Below the pieces are notes generated by a model. It did not search any database. It was not told where the DNA came from and was given only the letters and a program-made list of their open reading frames with translations. Shown piece after piece: positions 16,320-25,856 of a stretch of DNA of 56,310 nt. Within the stretch, counting starts at the first letter, position 1; the number at the start of each line of letters is the position of its first letter. Made by a program: the position numbers and the translations under genes. The DNA lies in the IMG/VR virus record IMGVR_UViG_3300024983_000001, positions 200,745 through 257,054 of that record; one strand, written 5' to 3'. This stretch comes from a virus.

Positions 16320-16346
16320 AAAAATGGTGCCAAAGGCACCATTTTT
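16320..16346. terminator. bidirectional intrinsic terminator
   Basis: AAAAATGGTGCC-AAA-GGCACCATTTTT between convergent genes. Confidence 0.85.
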
Positions 16347-16349
16347 AAT

Positions 16350-17618
16350 TTAAAACCTAACCAAATCTGTTGTATAATCACCATATGTCATTACAACTTT
16401 GTACCACGTTGCGTTCATAAGCGATTCTTTTGACATTGACTGTGGCGCTGAATATGAACGATCACGAGCGCTAACAGTATATGCACCATTATAGTCGATG
16501 CTGATAACGTGGGATATTGCACTAACAAAGGCATCAGTGAGAGGTTTTTGGTGCCAACTACTACTGCCATCACTTACCTTAATATATTGACCGTTTGCAT
16601 TTTTGCAAAAATAGAATGGTGTGCAGATATAGTCGTGTGAATATCCACCTCGCTCCTTGGGTTTGAACAACAACTTAATGGCAGTCTCGGTGTCGGCCTC
16701 AACGACAGACAAACTAATGTCTTTAGTAGTTAGTTTGTTGGCCTGTACATATATGTATTCTCCAAATTTTCGGGCACTCTCGGTTTGTGTAATAAACTTT
16801 GCATTTTCGTTGATATCGGTAACATTAGACATATCGACAACACTAGCAAACTTCAGCCGGCTCACCAATTCAACTTCGGTTGCGTTCCACTTTCGACCCT
16901 CTGTTCGTGTTGTTTTGTACGCAAAACGTTCAACAACTTTGTTCCAAGCTGATCCTTCGCCCTTACGGCGAATGTGATCATCGTATGGTTCGAGGTATTC
17001 GTGTTTAATACAATAAAATTTACCAAGATATTCAACCTTATCACCATTCGTTAGCTGAATGATGTATCCAGGTTGCAAGTCTTTCACGGACATCGTCTGT
17101 GAAGTCGCCTGGTTTTGCAACTCTGTTAGTTTGACAAATTCTTGATAGGGTTCCGAATTTTCGGGCAACAAAATATTAGCAGCGCCATCTCGACCCCAAA
17201 TACACCTACCCTGAATTACACCGTTTACGATAGTGGTGCAATCAACGATTGACGCGAAGTTAGCGGAGGATATTTCAAGTTCAAAACCACGAGGATCAAT
17301 AACACGCCACAATGTATTCCCACCATTCCACCCGCCGCTGCGCCGAACTACACGCGATAACTCAAAGCCTTCTGTGAGTTTGTTTGGATAAACTTTGGGA
17401 ATCCGGCGCGGATCGTCCTTTTGGAACTGATTTTGATAGTTACTGACCCAGCTGTCTACCGTGCCCTTGCGTTTTTCATAGGCCTTATCAGTTGCTACGG
17501 GTGTAGCAAAACCCAAAATAATTTGCTCATTCGCGGTGTATGTCCCATCAGGGTTCCTGGTGTGACTTTCCACTCGACCTTGCAGTCCTACGTAATGTTC
17601 TTCGGGAATATAAATCAT
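16350..17618 (-). CDS. conserved hypothetical jumbo-phage protein
   Basis: 422-aa ORF with a WRVIDPRGFELEIS..N motif. Confidence 0.75.
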   Translation of the reverse strand: MIYIPEEHYVGLQGRVESHTRNPDGTYTANEQIILGFATPVATDKAYEKRKGTVDSWVSNYQNQFQKDDPRRIPKVYPNKLTEGFELSRVVRRSGGWNGGNTLWRVIDPRGFELEISSANFASIVDCTTIVNGVIQGRCIWGRDGAANILLPENSEPYQEFVKLTELQNQATSQTMSVKDLQPGYIIQLTNGDKVEYLGKFYCIKHEYLEPYDDHIRRKGEGSAWNKVVERFAYKTTRTEGRKWNATEVELVSRLKFASVVDMSNVTDINENAKFITQTESARKFGEYIYVQANKLTTKDISLSVVEADTETAIKLLFKPKERGGYSHDYICTPFYFCKNANGQYIKVSDGSSSWHQKPLTDAFVSAISHVISIDYNGAYTVSARDRSYSAPQSMSKESLMNATWYKVVMTYGDYTTDLVRF

Positions 17619-17635
17619 GATGTTCCTTTAACAGT

Positions 17636-18145
17636 TTAAAAGATTACGATCTTTGTATTATCGGCCAAATTGCTGTTGGTATAACGAGCATCGTTAGTGA
17701 CTTCCTCACCAACCCAATCAGGAATTGTTAAATCGTAGTTGGCATCAATAAGCTCGATCTCGGCAAGTACTAATCCTTCATGTTGTCCGTGAAAAACATC
17801 AACCTCCCAACTATCTTCTTCACAACCTCTCGCCTGGTTGGCCACGATATGTCGTGTTTTTGAAACAGGTACACCTATAACCAAATGTCGTAGATCATCA
17901 AAGGTTGAAGCACCAATCATTAATTCAACTTCATTCCTAATGCGAGAATTGTTTGTTTTGCTCTTAATCGTTAGGTAGTAAAATACTGAGTGATCATCGG
18001 CAGTTGCCTTACGAATGCGTACAGTTAGGTTGGGATCAATCGATAGATAGTGCTGTTCAATGTCGTACTTCGCGATGATTGACTTTTTCCAATCATCGTT
18101 CTTTATGAGAAATTTGCGTTCAATTTCGAGGTTGTTTGTATTCAT
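17636..18145 (-). CDS. CYTH-domain triphosphate tunnel metalloenzyme
   Basis: EIERKFL (ExExK), VRIR, KTRH, WEVDVF, LAEIEL, EVT.D.RY.N. Confidence 0.88.
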   Translation of the reverse strand: MNTNNLEIERKFLIKNDDWKKSIIAKYDIEQHYLSIDPNLTVRIRKATADDHSVFYYLTIKSKTNNSRIRNEVELMIGASTFDDLRHLVIGVPVSKTRHIVANQARGCEEDSWEVDVFHGQHEGLVLAEIELIDANYDLTIPDWVGEEVTNDARYTNSNLADNTKIVIF

Positions 18146-18360
18146 TTACCATCTACCCGTTTTTCAATGGCATGCCAAGTAGGCTCGTATTCTGGCCAAT
18201 CGTTTTCTACAACAACACACGCCAGCAGACGTCTCGAATCTTTGAGACGTTGCACATTAATTTTGGTGCATAAGAGATTTAGCTGCTGTTGTTCATCTTC
18301 TGTCAGGTAAGCAGCAATATCCTTGTCTTTGATAACAACGTATCTGTGTTCACGTATCAT
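18142..18360 (-). CDS. hypothetical protein
   Basis: ATGA-coupled short ORF. Confidence 0.65.
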   Translation of the reverse strand: MIREHRYVVIKDKDIAAYLTEDEQQQLNLLCTKINVQRLKDSRRLLACVVVENDWPEYEPTWHAIEKRVDGK

Positions 18361-18605
18361 TTGCAGTCCTTATTATTTTCCGTGGTGAGTTCATCGGCAA
18401 AGCCAATTTCACACCACATGTAGGTGATATTACCCCATTCACTGGAGCCGCCAACATCAACTCCATCCACTCGTTCGACAATATCGGCATACTCTAACCA
18501 TCTTGTGTGTGTTGATTCAAACGAACGGGGCCACAACAAGAACTTTCGAACTGTGCGAGTTTGTCCGAGTTGGGATTTTAGGGTGTATTTGTTTTCAAAT
18601 TTCAT
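18357..18605 (-). CDS. hypothetical protein
   Basis: ATGA-coupled short ORF. Confidence 0.55.
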   Translation of the reverse strand: MKFENKYTLKSQLGQTRTVRKFLLWPRSFESTHTRWLEYADIVERVDGVDVGGSSEWGNITYMWCEIGFADELTTENNKDCK

Positions 18606-18677
18606 ATAATTGGGTCCGTGGGTGTAAAGATTCCTTTGTTAACTTTAGCCATAAATACCTACAAAGGAGTAATTACT

Positions 18678-19550
18678 ATGACAATTTATTACACATATAT
18701 TCTAACAAATTCGCTTGACGGTCAACCATTTTATGTAGGGAAGGGGTCAGGGTCACGAATGTATCAACATGTTAGGGAAGCACAAAGAAACGATATTTTG
18801 AAACGGTCGGTACACTACAAAATACTTTCAATCCTTGATGCGGGGGGCGACATTCAATATCAAAAGTTTGTTTGTGAAAGTGAAAGTGACGCATTTGAGG
18901 GTGAAAAATTATTGATCGCGCAATATGGTCGCAAAGATATTGGTACTGGAATATTGTGCAATCTAACAGAAGGGGGTGAAGGCGCAAGTATGGTGAACCC
19001 CGAAAGTGTGGCGCGTAGGGCTGAAAAACACAGAGGTATGAAACGCAGTGATGATGCAAAGAAGAGGATGAGTGAGGCTCAGCGTCAAATTAGGGTAGAT
19101 GGATATGTCCGCACGGAAGAGACTAAACGGAAGATGTCTGCTGATAGAAAAACAAGGGCACCACAAAGCGAGGAAACAAAAGCCAAAAGGAGGGCATCGT
19201 CGCCTAGGAAATGTCCAATTCAATATGACTTAGACGGAACAATGATTAGGAAGTGGGATAGTGTGACAGAGGCAGCAAGGTTTTATGGTGTGGGTCCTGA
19301 ATTGATATCAGGTTGTTGCACAGGAAGGTTTAAAACTGGTGCTGGATACAGGTGGGGCTATGAGGGTAAGCAGGAAGAGTTTGTTCGTGGTAAAGAAGTA
19401 ATTCAGATGGATTTTGGTGGCAATGTGATAAATGTATGGTCAACTGTTCGATTGGCTGCTAAAACTATCGGAACCGATCCGTCAAACATCATCAACTGCT
19501 GTAACGGTAACATTTCATCATCCGCCGGCTTCGTTTGGAAGTATAAGTAA
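18678..19550 (+). CDS. GIY-YIG homing endonuclease with NUMOD3/NUMOD1 domains
   Basis: YYTYIL..PFYVGKG..R..H, E..LI..YGR, LCNLTEGGEG; HS/RSEETK repeats; two QYD.DG..I..W.S..EAA NUMOD1 repeats; inserted antisense. Confidence 0.88.
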   Translation: MTIYYTYILTNSLDGQPFYVGKGSGSRMYQHVREAQRNDILKRSVHYKILSILDAGGDIQYQKFVCESESDAFEGEKLLIAQYGRKDIGTGILCNLTEGGEGASMVNPESVARRAEKHRGMKRSDDAKKRMSEAQRQIRVDGYVRTEETKRKMSADRKTRAPQSEETKAKRRASSPRKCPIQYDLDGTMIRKWDSVTEAARFYGVGPELISGCCTGRFKTGAGYRWGYEGKQEEFVRGKEVIQMDFGGNVINVWSTVRLAAKTIGTDPSNIINCCNGNISSSAGFVWKYK

Positions 19551-19575
19551 AAAGGAGGCTTTGAGCCTCCTTTTT
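19549..19575. terminator. bidirectional intrinsic terminator
   Basis: AAAAAGGAGGCT-TTG-AGCCTCCTTTTT between convergent genes. Confidence 0.85.
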
Positions 19576-19598
19576 AACCACAGAAATTGTGTGTTCAG

Positions 19599-20624
19599 TT
19601 AACGCAAGCCGCCCTCAACCCCCTTATAGACGACGGCGATGGCCGACCATGGATGAAGCGATTCGATGTGCTCAGTAACCACACTGAAATCGCTGATCTT
19701 GCCAGCAGCATACCACTCATCAAGCCCTTGGTATAACAGTCTTGCAGCATCTTCAGTGAATAACAAGTTGGAACCATTCAGTTCAGCAAACGCTTGTTCG
19801 TCACGACGCTTACACACAACTACCACTTCAGTCGGTACATACTTGCGAGCAAGCTCGACCACATCTTCAATCCATACAACGTTGTCGGGATTGAACTGGA
19901 CTTTGATTTTAGCGATACTACGTTGACTATGACCATTTGCTGCTTTCTTACGACGAAGGCGTGCATCGTGCGCCAACTCAAAACTACAAGGACACGTACT
20001 GGAATACATGTAGTCCACAGTCAAATAAAACTTGTATTCACCATCACGCAACTGAGCTTCAAGTTCACATTCGTAGAATATGTGACCAACCTTCTTTTTG
20101 TGAGAAAGTTTAACACCATCAACAACTTTAAATACTTCCGAGTCTGGTGCATCAGCGGGCAATTCTTCACGAGTGCGAAGTGCTTCTTGTGTCCATGGAT
20201 ATGAAAAGCGCATCTTGCAGTAAGAATTTTTAGCGCCCTGTTTTACACTCATGTCTTGGAGCACATCTTTGAGACCTTCAATAGAGAAACGGTCTGCAAC
20301 CTTATCATGCATCAGAATGTAGAAACGACTTAGGTTCAAACCTTTAGCTTCGACGTTATCAAGCGAACCATACAACGAAACCTTTGAGTGAAGTTCTTGT
20401 GTTGTGCCATCTCGGCGGACAAATTTAACAGGCAAGTCAACAGGTGCGATGCCAACCTTTTGTAACATAACCTTCGATCCAAAAATCAAAGGATTTCTTT
20501 GTGGATCGGGTAATTCGCTGTCTTCGGGATAGTAGTTCTGATCGTATTTAAAATCAAGATCCTCCATCTTCGCCGAATTGTCTAAATATTGAATTTCTTT
20601 TGCGTCGTCACAGTGTCCAGCCAT
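19599..20624 (-). CDS. folE2: GTP cyclohydrolase I type B
   Basis: LPDPQ, KVGI, KGLNLSRF, SSTCPCS, HSQRS, KRRDE, LLFTEDAAR, ESLH motifs. Confidence 0.92.
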   Translation of the reverse strand: MAGHCDDAKEIQYLDNSAKMEDLDFKYDQNYYPEDSELPDPQRNPLIFGSKVMLQKVGIAPVDLPVKFVRRDGTTQELHSKVSLYGSLDNVEAKGLNLSRFYILMHDKVADRFSIEGLKDVLQDMSVKQGAKNSYCKMRFSYPWTQEALRTREELPADAPDSEVFKVVDGVKLSHKKKVGHIFYECELEAQLRDGEYKFYLTVDYMYSSTCPCSFELAHDARLRRKKAANGHSQRSIAKIKVQFNPDNVVWIEDVVELARKYVPTEVVVVCKRRDEQAFAELNGSNLLFTEDAARLLYQGLDEWYAAGKISDFSVVTEHIESLHPWSAIAVVYKGVEGGLR

Positions 20625-20658
20625 TATTAATCTCCTTTTATTATTCTTATTATTCTTA

Positions 20659-21273
20659 TTATTTTACTGCAATGTTTGTGTCGTAAGTAGGTATTCGCAA
20701 AACACTTCGTGTTTGTGTTGAAATTATCATTACACGTTCATCGATATCGGGTGTTTCGATTATGTTTAAACGACTATTGTGTGTCATTTGTTGAGTGAAA
20801 TCCAACATCGTTAAATCCACCATGCGACTATAGTGCCGTCCCGCGCCTCGCACGCCATCGTTCACAACATTGAAAAAACCTGCTTTCAGGTAATACACCA
20901 AGTCATATGTTTGTTGGTACATAATACACTTTTTGTAATACTCAGACAACCAATCTGAGTATGTATTGTCTTTACCCAAGGACACAAGAGCATAAGTAAA
21001 CAAGTCTGCATATGTCCGTTCGGTAAAATACAGCGGAGAATCGGACCGAAGCGATGTTGATGTTTCATCCTCATATTTTCGTTTGATGATCTCGTCTTGA
21101 AATCTTGTGGTGAGTTCAGAATTATTATTCACTTCTTGCAGAGTAACATTCCAATCTTCTAGAATCGAACGAGACGTTTTACGATCAACACTTTTATAGC
21201 CCAAAGCGCTTAATTCCTTGATGATAGTGGATTTGCCGCTGCCTTGTGAACCACTTATTGCAACAATGCTCAT
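20659..21273 (-). CDS. P-loop nucleotide kinase (AAA_28/NadR-like)
   Basis: AISGSQGSGKST Walker A; ERTYAD; YDLVYYL; DGVR. Confidence 0.75.
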   Translation of the reverse strand: MSIVAISGSQGSGKSTIIKELSALGYKSVDRKTSRSILEDWNVTLQEVNNNSELTTRFQDEIIKRKYEDETSTSLRSDSPLYFTERTYADLFTYALVSLGKDNTYSDWLSEYYKKCIMYQQTYDLVYYLKAGFFNVVNDGVRGAGRHYSRMVDLTMLDFTQQMTHNSRLNIIETPDIDERVMIISTQTRSVLRIPTYDTNIAVK

Positions 21274-21274
21274 G

Positions 21275-21601
21275 TTATTCAACTCCGGCCTCAGTTTCAA
21301 TATCTACAGCAACAACCTTCTTATCTTCAGCCATCTTGTCTGCTGCGTCGCTTACACCCTTATATCGTTCAAGCAGCACCAAAGCCTGCATAATATATTC
21401 ATTGTTGGCTTTCATCTTCTTGCGGTAATATTCTTTCTTGGTGTTTGTCTTTGCTGACTTTATCAGAGCATCATATTCTTGAGTCTTTTTTACCGCAAGA
21501 CGAACCTCATCCATAACAAGATCCATGGCGGTAATACGAGGTGCCGGAACTGCGGTTGGGGACAATTCTTCTGTATGGGGTAGAGTTGATGTTGAATTCA
21601 T
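21275..21601 (-). CDS. hypothetical protein
   Basis: ORF in a co-directional run. Confidence 0.65.
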   Translation of the reverse strand: MNSTSTLPHTEELSPTAVPAPRITAMDLVMDEVRLAVKKTQEYDALIKSAKTNTKKEYYRKKMKANNEYIMQALVLLERYKGVSDAADKMAEDKKVVAVDIETEAGVE

Positions 21602-21602
21602 T

Positions 21603-21884
21603 TTATATTCCTGATTTATTGGGTTGTTGCGCTGCTTTTTGTTCTATGGCAGAACGCAGTTTATTAATCCCAACTTGTATAGCTTGGGATATTTCATACT
21701 TTTCGAGTTCGAGTGCAGTATAATAACGACTTTGGAGTGCGGCTAATTGATCATGAAGTTCTGTGAGCGATAGGTGAGCCCACTCATCAGCATTGATTTT
21801 GCTGATGGGTTGTCGTGTAATTGGTGTTAAATCACTTTCTGTGGAAACATCAATGGGATCTAAATTGTTATTGGTATCTGTCAT
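21603..21884 (-). CDS. hypothetical protein
   Basis: ORF preceded by minus-strand TTGACT-N17-TATACT (21920-21892). Confidence 0.65.
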   Translation of the reverse strand: MTDTNNNLDPIDVSTESDLTPITRQPISKINADEWAHLSLTELHDQLAALQSRYYTALELEKYEISQAIQVGINKLRSAIEQKAAQQPNKSGI

Positions 21885-21924
21885 AATGATGAGTATATAT
21901 CATCGTTATGACAAAGTCAACTAA

Positions 21925-22548
21925 TTAGTTTGGCAATCCCACAATCTTCATTAATTGCATGTTGCCGGCTGTCCACATAGTGTAACTCTGTGAATCATCA
22001 GGTGATTTTGTTTGAGTTGGTGGAATGTCAGTACCTGCCAAAATATCATCACGAATGTCATACTCATCACGGAATCCCTTTTTGAGTTCGTACATCCACA
22101 ATTCTTCATAGGCGCCGTCTTCACCTTCTCGTTTGTACACCAAATGGGCACCAGGAATCTTGCGTATTAAGCCTTGTTTATCGGGATCATTGCCAGTTTC
22201 TTCATCTGCATCATTTGGTAGTTCAATTTTTCCAACCATGTCATTACCAGAGGTGTCTTCTTCCCCATTCAAATCAAGTTTATCTTCATCGCTTGCTTCG
22301 TCATCAACAAGTTCAAGTGTACCTTCTTCATTTTCGGGGGCATACAATAGAGTATTAAGTAATGATAATTCTTCCTCCTCGCCCGGAATAGAACCACCTT
22401 CGCCGCCGGTCACATCACCAATGGCCTGCGAATTACTATTATAATCAACTGGTACCTTATAACCAGCAAAAGTGGCTACACTAGTTGGTTGATGACCACT
22501 TTTGTTCATCTTTAAATAATTTTTAAATGAAATCATTGTTACTCCCAT
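21925..22548 (-). CDS. acidic hypothetical late protein
   Basis: Minus-strand TATAAATA at 22560-22567; N-terminal SFKNYL motif. Confidence 0.7.
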   Translation of the reverse strand: MGVTMISFKNYLKMNKSGHQPTSVATFAGYKVPVDYNSNSQAIGDVTGGEGGSIPGEEEELSLLNTLLYAPENEEGTLELVDDEASDEDKLDLNGEEDTSGNDMVGKIELPNDADEETGNDPDKQGLIRKIPGAHLVYKREGEDGAYEELWMYELKKGFRDEYDIRDDILAGTDIPPTQTKSPDDSQSYTMWTAGNMQLMKIVGLPN

Positions 22549-22559
22549 GTACTTTTTTA

Positions 22560-22597
22560 TATTTATAGTAAAACTTTATTATTTGCCTTTATAAATA
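22560..22597. promoter_or_regulatory. divergent pair of T4-type late promoters
   Basis: TATTTATA at 22560-22567 (minus) and TATAAATA at 22590-22597 (plus). Confidence 0.65.
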
Positions 22598-22625
22598 AAC
22601 GTAACAATCAAAAAGGACATATTTT

Positions 22626-23078
22626 ATGGCGGGTCGCATCGTTAACAAAAAGAAAGTTCCACTCATAGTAGAACCACATCCAGAGAGTTATAATGGGTAT
22701 CCCTTTATAACCCTGATTCAATACAGACAGCAACACCTTATATCCATTATCGATAATGCGGACGATAAAACAATCAAAGCTTTTGTTTTAGATTTGTGCG
22801 GCCCTGAAAATATTGATGAAGAGGTTATTATACAGGTGGCTGGTAATTGGTACGAAAACAACCACGAGAATTATCCAATATCGATTGAATTTTCTAAATT
22901 GGGTATAACGGGAGAAACATCAAGAATCTTGAGAACATTCAACATTGATTCTGTATCACGTGTAATAGGCCCGATTGCTAGATTTTCGATGAATTCAACA
23001 ATCAAAGTTAAGCGCAGAAAACGTCGTGAATTACCACAGGGAATTGAAATTCACAAAAACGTGGTACCAATTAAATAA
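22626..23078 (+). CDS. conserved hypothetical jumbo-phage protein
   Basis: Late promoter and AAGGA RBS; YPFIT...IIDN; basic C-terminus. Confidence 0.7.
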   Translation: MAGRIVNKKKVPLIVEPHPESYNGYPFITLIQYRQQHLISIIDNADDKTIKAFVLDLCGPENIDEEVIIQVAGNWYENNHENYPISIEFSKLGITGETSRILRTFNIDSVSRVIGPIARFSMNSTIKVKRRKRRELPQGIEIHKNVVPIK

Positions 23079-23540
23079 TTATTTAACCAAGAATTGTTTA
23101 AAGGATGGTTGGATACTTTCACCAACTCGAGGTTGTTGTTCAGTTCCTGTAACTGACGGAATTGGTTGAGCACCTTGATTAATGGCAGTGGGAGCATTTT
23201 GTTGTTGCATTATAGCTGCGGGGTCAGGCATCTTTCCAACAGCATAATCCTGGCCCGCGTCAGTTAAGTTACCAGCTTCATCAACAAGACCATCTTCTTT
23301 CATGATGTCAATAGCTTTAGGTGTAATTCTTATAAAACCCGTGATTTCGTTGACGGTGATGAGTCCTAACTGAGCTAGAACACCCTTTGCTACGTTTAGT
23401 TTTTCGTTTGTAAGTGGAACCTTTTTACCAGATGCGCCAGTATCGGGCGCTGCAATAATTTTTGCCAACACTACCTTTTGGCTATTTGATAGATTTATAG
23501 TGGCCAGAACCTGATTTTCTAAAAACTTTTTAAACTTCAT
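23079..23540 (-). CDS. hypothetical protein
   Basis: MKFKKFLE N-terminus; clean ORF. Confidence 0.65.
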   Translation of the reverse strand: MKFKKFLENQVLATINLSNSQKVVLAKIIAAPDTGASGKKVPLTNEKLNVAKGVLAQLGLITVNEITGFIRITPKAIDIMKEDGLVDEAGNLTDAGQDYAVGKMPDPAAIMQQQNAPTAINQGAQPIPSVTGTEQQPRVGESIQPSFKQFLVK

Positions 23541-23566
23541 TGGGCATCCTTTAAGTATGCGCTTAT

Positions 23567-23869
23567 TTATTCTTTATACAAAGTAATTTTAAAATATTCT
23601 ACATCCATTTTTGTGCGTTTTGCGTCTTGGGCAGCTTCACTTCTAGGATTGATCATAGCATTATAATTGATGAAGTGATAATTCTTGGGGTCGTACCCAA
23701 GTGAGTTGTTGCGTAACTTCCAGTTTGGGCGTACAGGAAGGTCTTTTTCTGTAACAGATTCAACTTCATATCGGCTATAACCCGCCGGCGGATTGGTACA
23801 GTTTAGTTTGTTGTTTTGATTAATAACATATTTGATTTGTGGCCAGGTGCCATATACGGTACGTTTCAT
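23567..23869 (-). CDS. hypothetical protein
   Basis: Coupled to the upstream DnaE fragment (ATGA overlap, GGAGG RBS). Confidence 0.6.
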   Translation of the reverse strand: MKRTVYGTWPQIKYVINQNNKLNCTNPPAGYSRYEVESVTEKDLPVRPNWKLRNNSLGYDPKNYHFINYNAMINPRSEAAQDAKRTKMDVEYFKITLYKE

Positions 23870-24432
23870 AAGATGCCTCCTTTTATAAGGTGTAGCTGTA
23901 ATACAATTGTTGTGGCGTATGATATAGCATGCGCCCGTTTAAAATAATACTTGTCTGTTTTTCGATAAAGCTCTTCACGAATCACTTCTTTGTTTTTCAA
24001 ATATCCTTCTAATAGAAAACGTTTTCCAGGACGAATAAGAGCTACGCAGTCAGCCAATTCCTGAACGGATGTTGGCGCAATACGAGAAACAGTATCGAAG
24101 TGTTTTGATAACTGAAATAACTTAGCTACAACTGACGGACTTTTAAGCAAACTCCAGTCGGGTGCAGTGCGCGAAAGAATTCGAATTTCATTTTTGTTAT
24201 CGAAATGATCTAATACGGATAAATGTAGCATATCGATTTTGAAATAGCCTAATTCTTCCGCATCCTCGTACGGAATAGCAGCCAATTTGGATATGGGATC
24301 TACTGGAATGTTCTGAAAATAAATACCTACGGGGTGTTTGGTAATAATTCCATCCTTTACCATAGAGGCAGGCACCGCCTGAAAAATCTCGAGCGGATCA
24401 AAAGTTGTTTGGGTGTCTATGTCAATATCCAT
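23866..24432 (-). CDS. DNA polymerase III alpha-like catalytic fragment (C-part of split DnaE core)
   Basis: MDIDID (catalytic DxD), KHPVGIY, GYFKIDML (third Asp), ALIRPG, YYFKRAHAISYA. Confidence 0.82.
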   Translation of the reverse strand: MDIDIDTQTTFDPLEIFQAVPASMVKDGIITKHPVGIYFQNIPVDPISKLAAIPYEDAEELGYFKIDMLHLSVLDHFDNKNEIRILSRTAPDWSLLKSPSVVAKLFQLSKHFDTVSRIAPTSVQELADCVALIRPGKRFLLEGYLKNKEVIREELYRKTDKYYFKRAHAISYATTIVLQLHLIKGGIL

Positions 24433-24467
24433 CCTATTAGAATAGGATAAATGACATTAAAAGTCAA

Positions 24468-24959
24468 CTAGATGGCGTTTAATCCTACTATAGTAGCTTT
24501 TTTGATGGAATCTACGTCCTCAATATTTGTGCATTGTCGAATTGCGATTTTCCCACGGCGTCGCACTTCTTCGATCTTAGCACCTTTTGCTAACCACAAG
24601 CTTTTTTTCTTGATAATCATTTCAGCGGCTTCCCTGCAAGAAATATCTGATGCATTTGCTTCAGCGACAATGAAGGGGAATCGTGTAGCATCTTCCGGGA
24701 AGCCTGCGACGGTGTAGTCAATAGCTTCCTCAATTTTTTCAAGATATACTTCCGTTTGTCCTGGTGCAGACGTGATGTATTTTAAGCGAACCTCACCGGC
24801 GGCAGCATCAATCTCTCCCATCGCCGCGGCTATAGCCTCTTCTGCGGTAAGCGGTATTTTTACCTCTTCGGTTGGCTCGGATGGTATAGGGGTTGCGACG
24901 TCAGTGGCATAGGTGTGGCCCGGCATGCCGGCTAATTGAAACGATTGTAGTTTAGCCAT
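24468..24959 (-). CDS. tail-fibre-associated/assembly protein (putative)
   Basis: IDAAAGEVRLKYIT..PGQ..VY..K..EA pattern; last gene of the fibre run. Confidence 0.55.
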   Translation of the reverse strand: MAKLQSFQLAGMPGHTYATDVATPIPSEPTEEVKIPLTAEEAIAAAMGEIDAAAGEVRLKYITSAPGQTEVYLEKIEEAIDYTVAGFPEDATRFPFIVAEANASDISCREAAEMIIKKKSLWLAKGAKIEEVRRRGKIAIRQCTNIEDVDSIKKATIVGLNAI

Positions 24960-24962
24960 GAA

Positions 24963-25853
24963 TTATGCGAGCGGAACGAGGTTAATGATACCACCAAGAG
25001 TGAAGGTTAAATCAGCTAAAGTAGCATCCGGTACTGCTGGAGCAACGATAGATATCTTGTCGTTGATAGTGCAATTAGCATAACCAGTGAAGTACCCAAC
25101 GGTGCTGCCCGGATCAAAAGTAATTGTACCAAATTCGCCGTTGTTTTGTTGTACACTGAATATAGTTGTTGCGGTTGCTGCAACTTCTGCAATTGCAGCG
25201 GAACCATCGACTGAAAAATCGAATATGCTATTGCGCCCAATCACAAAACGACACAATTCCGCAGAGGAGGCAGGAACACCCGTTGTAGCAGCAAACAAAT
25301 CATACAATTCGTCTTGTATCGGTGGTGTAGGTAACAATGGGGTCCAAGCGCCGCCAGTCCAGTAGTTAAATTGGGGGATGGAAGTATCAAACCACACTTG
25401 GCCGATTGTGGGAACATCTGGTGGGGTTGCACTCGCAAAGTGCTCCATGATATGAATCATGTTTTCTAGCAGATTTTCGCCATAGTTTAGTGTCCCTTTG
25501 CCGTTGAGTGCCAATGATGTATTTTGGTGCGTTTGGCCAGGTCCATTAACAGTTTCGGGTTGGATAAAAAACGGTGCAATTGCTGTATCAGTAAAATTAA
25601 TTTCGTATATAGCAGATACCAAATCGGTAGCTGTGAACGCCAATGACATTGTTTCGTTGAGGACAATATCCGTGTTTGGACCATTAACTGTGGACGAAAC
25701 TACAGTCCACAACCCATCCTGTGCAATTGAAGGTACTGCTACGTTGCCATTATACAGCAAGAATTTAATTCCTGTGTATAAAGGTGTTGTATAATCACCA
25801 AGAACCGATATCGTATTCGAGGGGATATTAATCGAAATTATGTTAAGCTTCAT
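24963..25853 (-). CDS. virion structural protein (fibre/baseplate-like)
   Basis: TSLALNGKG..NYGE..LEN..H..EHFA...PTIGQVWFD domain shared with neighbours. Confidence 0.7.
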   Translation of the reverse strand: MKLNIISINIPSNTISVLGDYTTPLYTGIKFLLYNGNVAVPSIAQDGLWTVVSSTVNGPNTDIVLNETMSLAFTATDLVSAIYEINFTDTAIAPFFIQPETVNGPGQTHQNTSLALNGKGTLNYGENLLENMIHIMEHFASATPPDVPTIGQVWFDTSIPQFNYWTGGAWTPLLPTPPIQDELYDLFAATTGVPASSAELCRFVIGRNSIFDFSVDGSAAIAEVAATATTIFSVQQNNGEFGTITFDPGSTVGYFTGYANCTINDKISIVAPAVPDATLADLTFTLGGIINLVPLA

Positions 25854-25856
25854 TGG

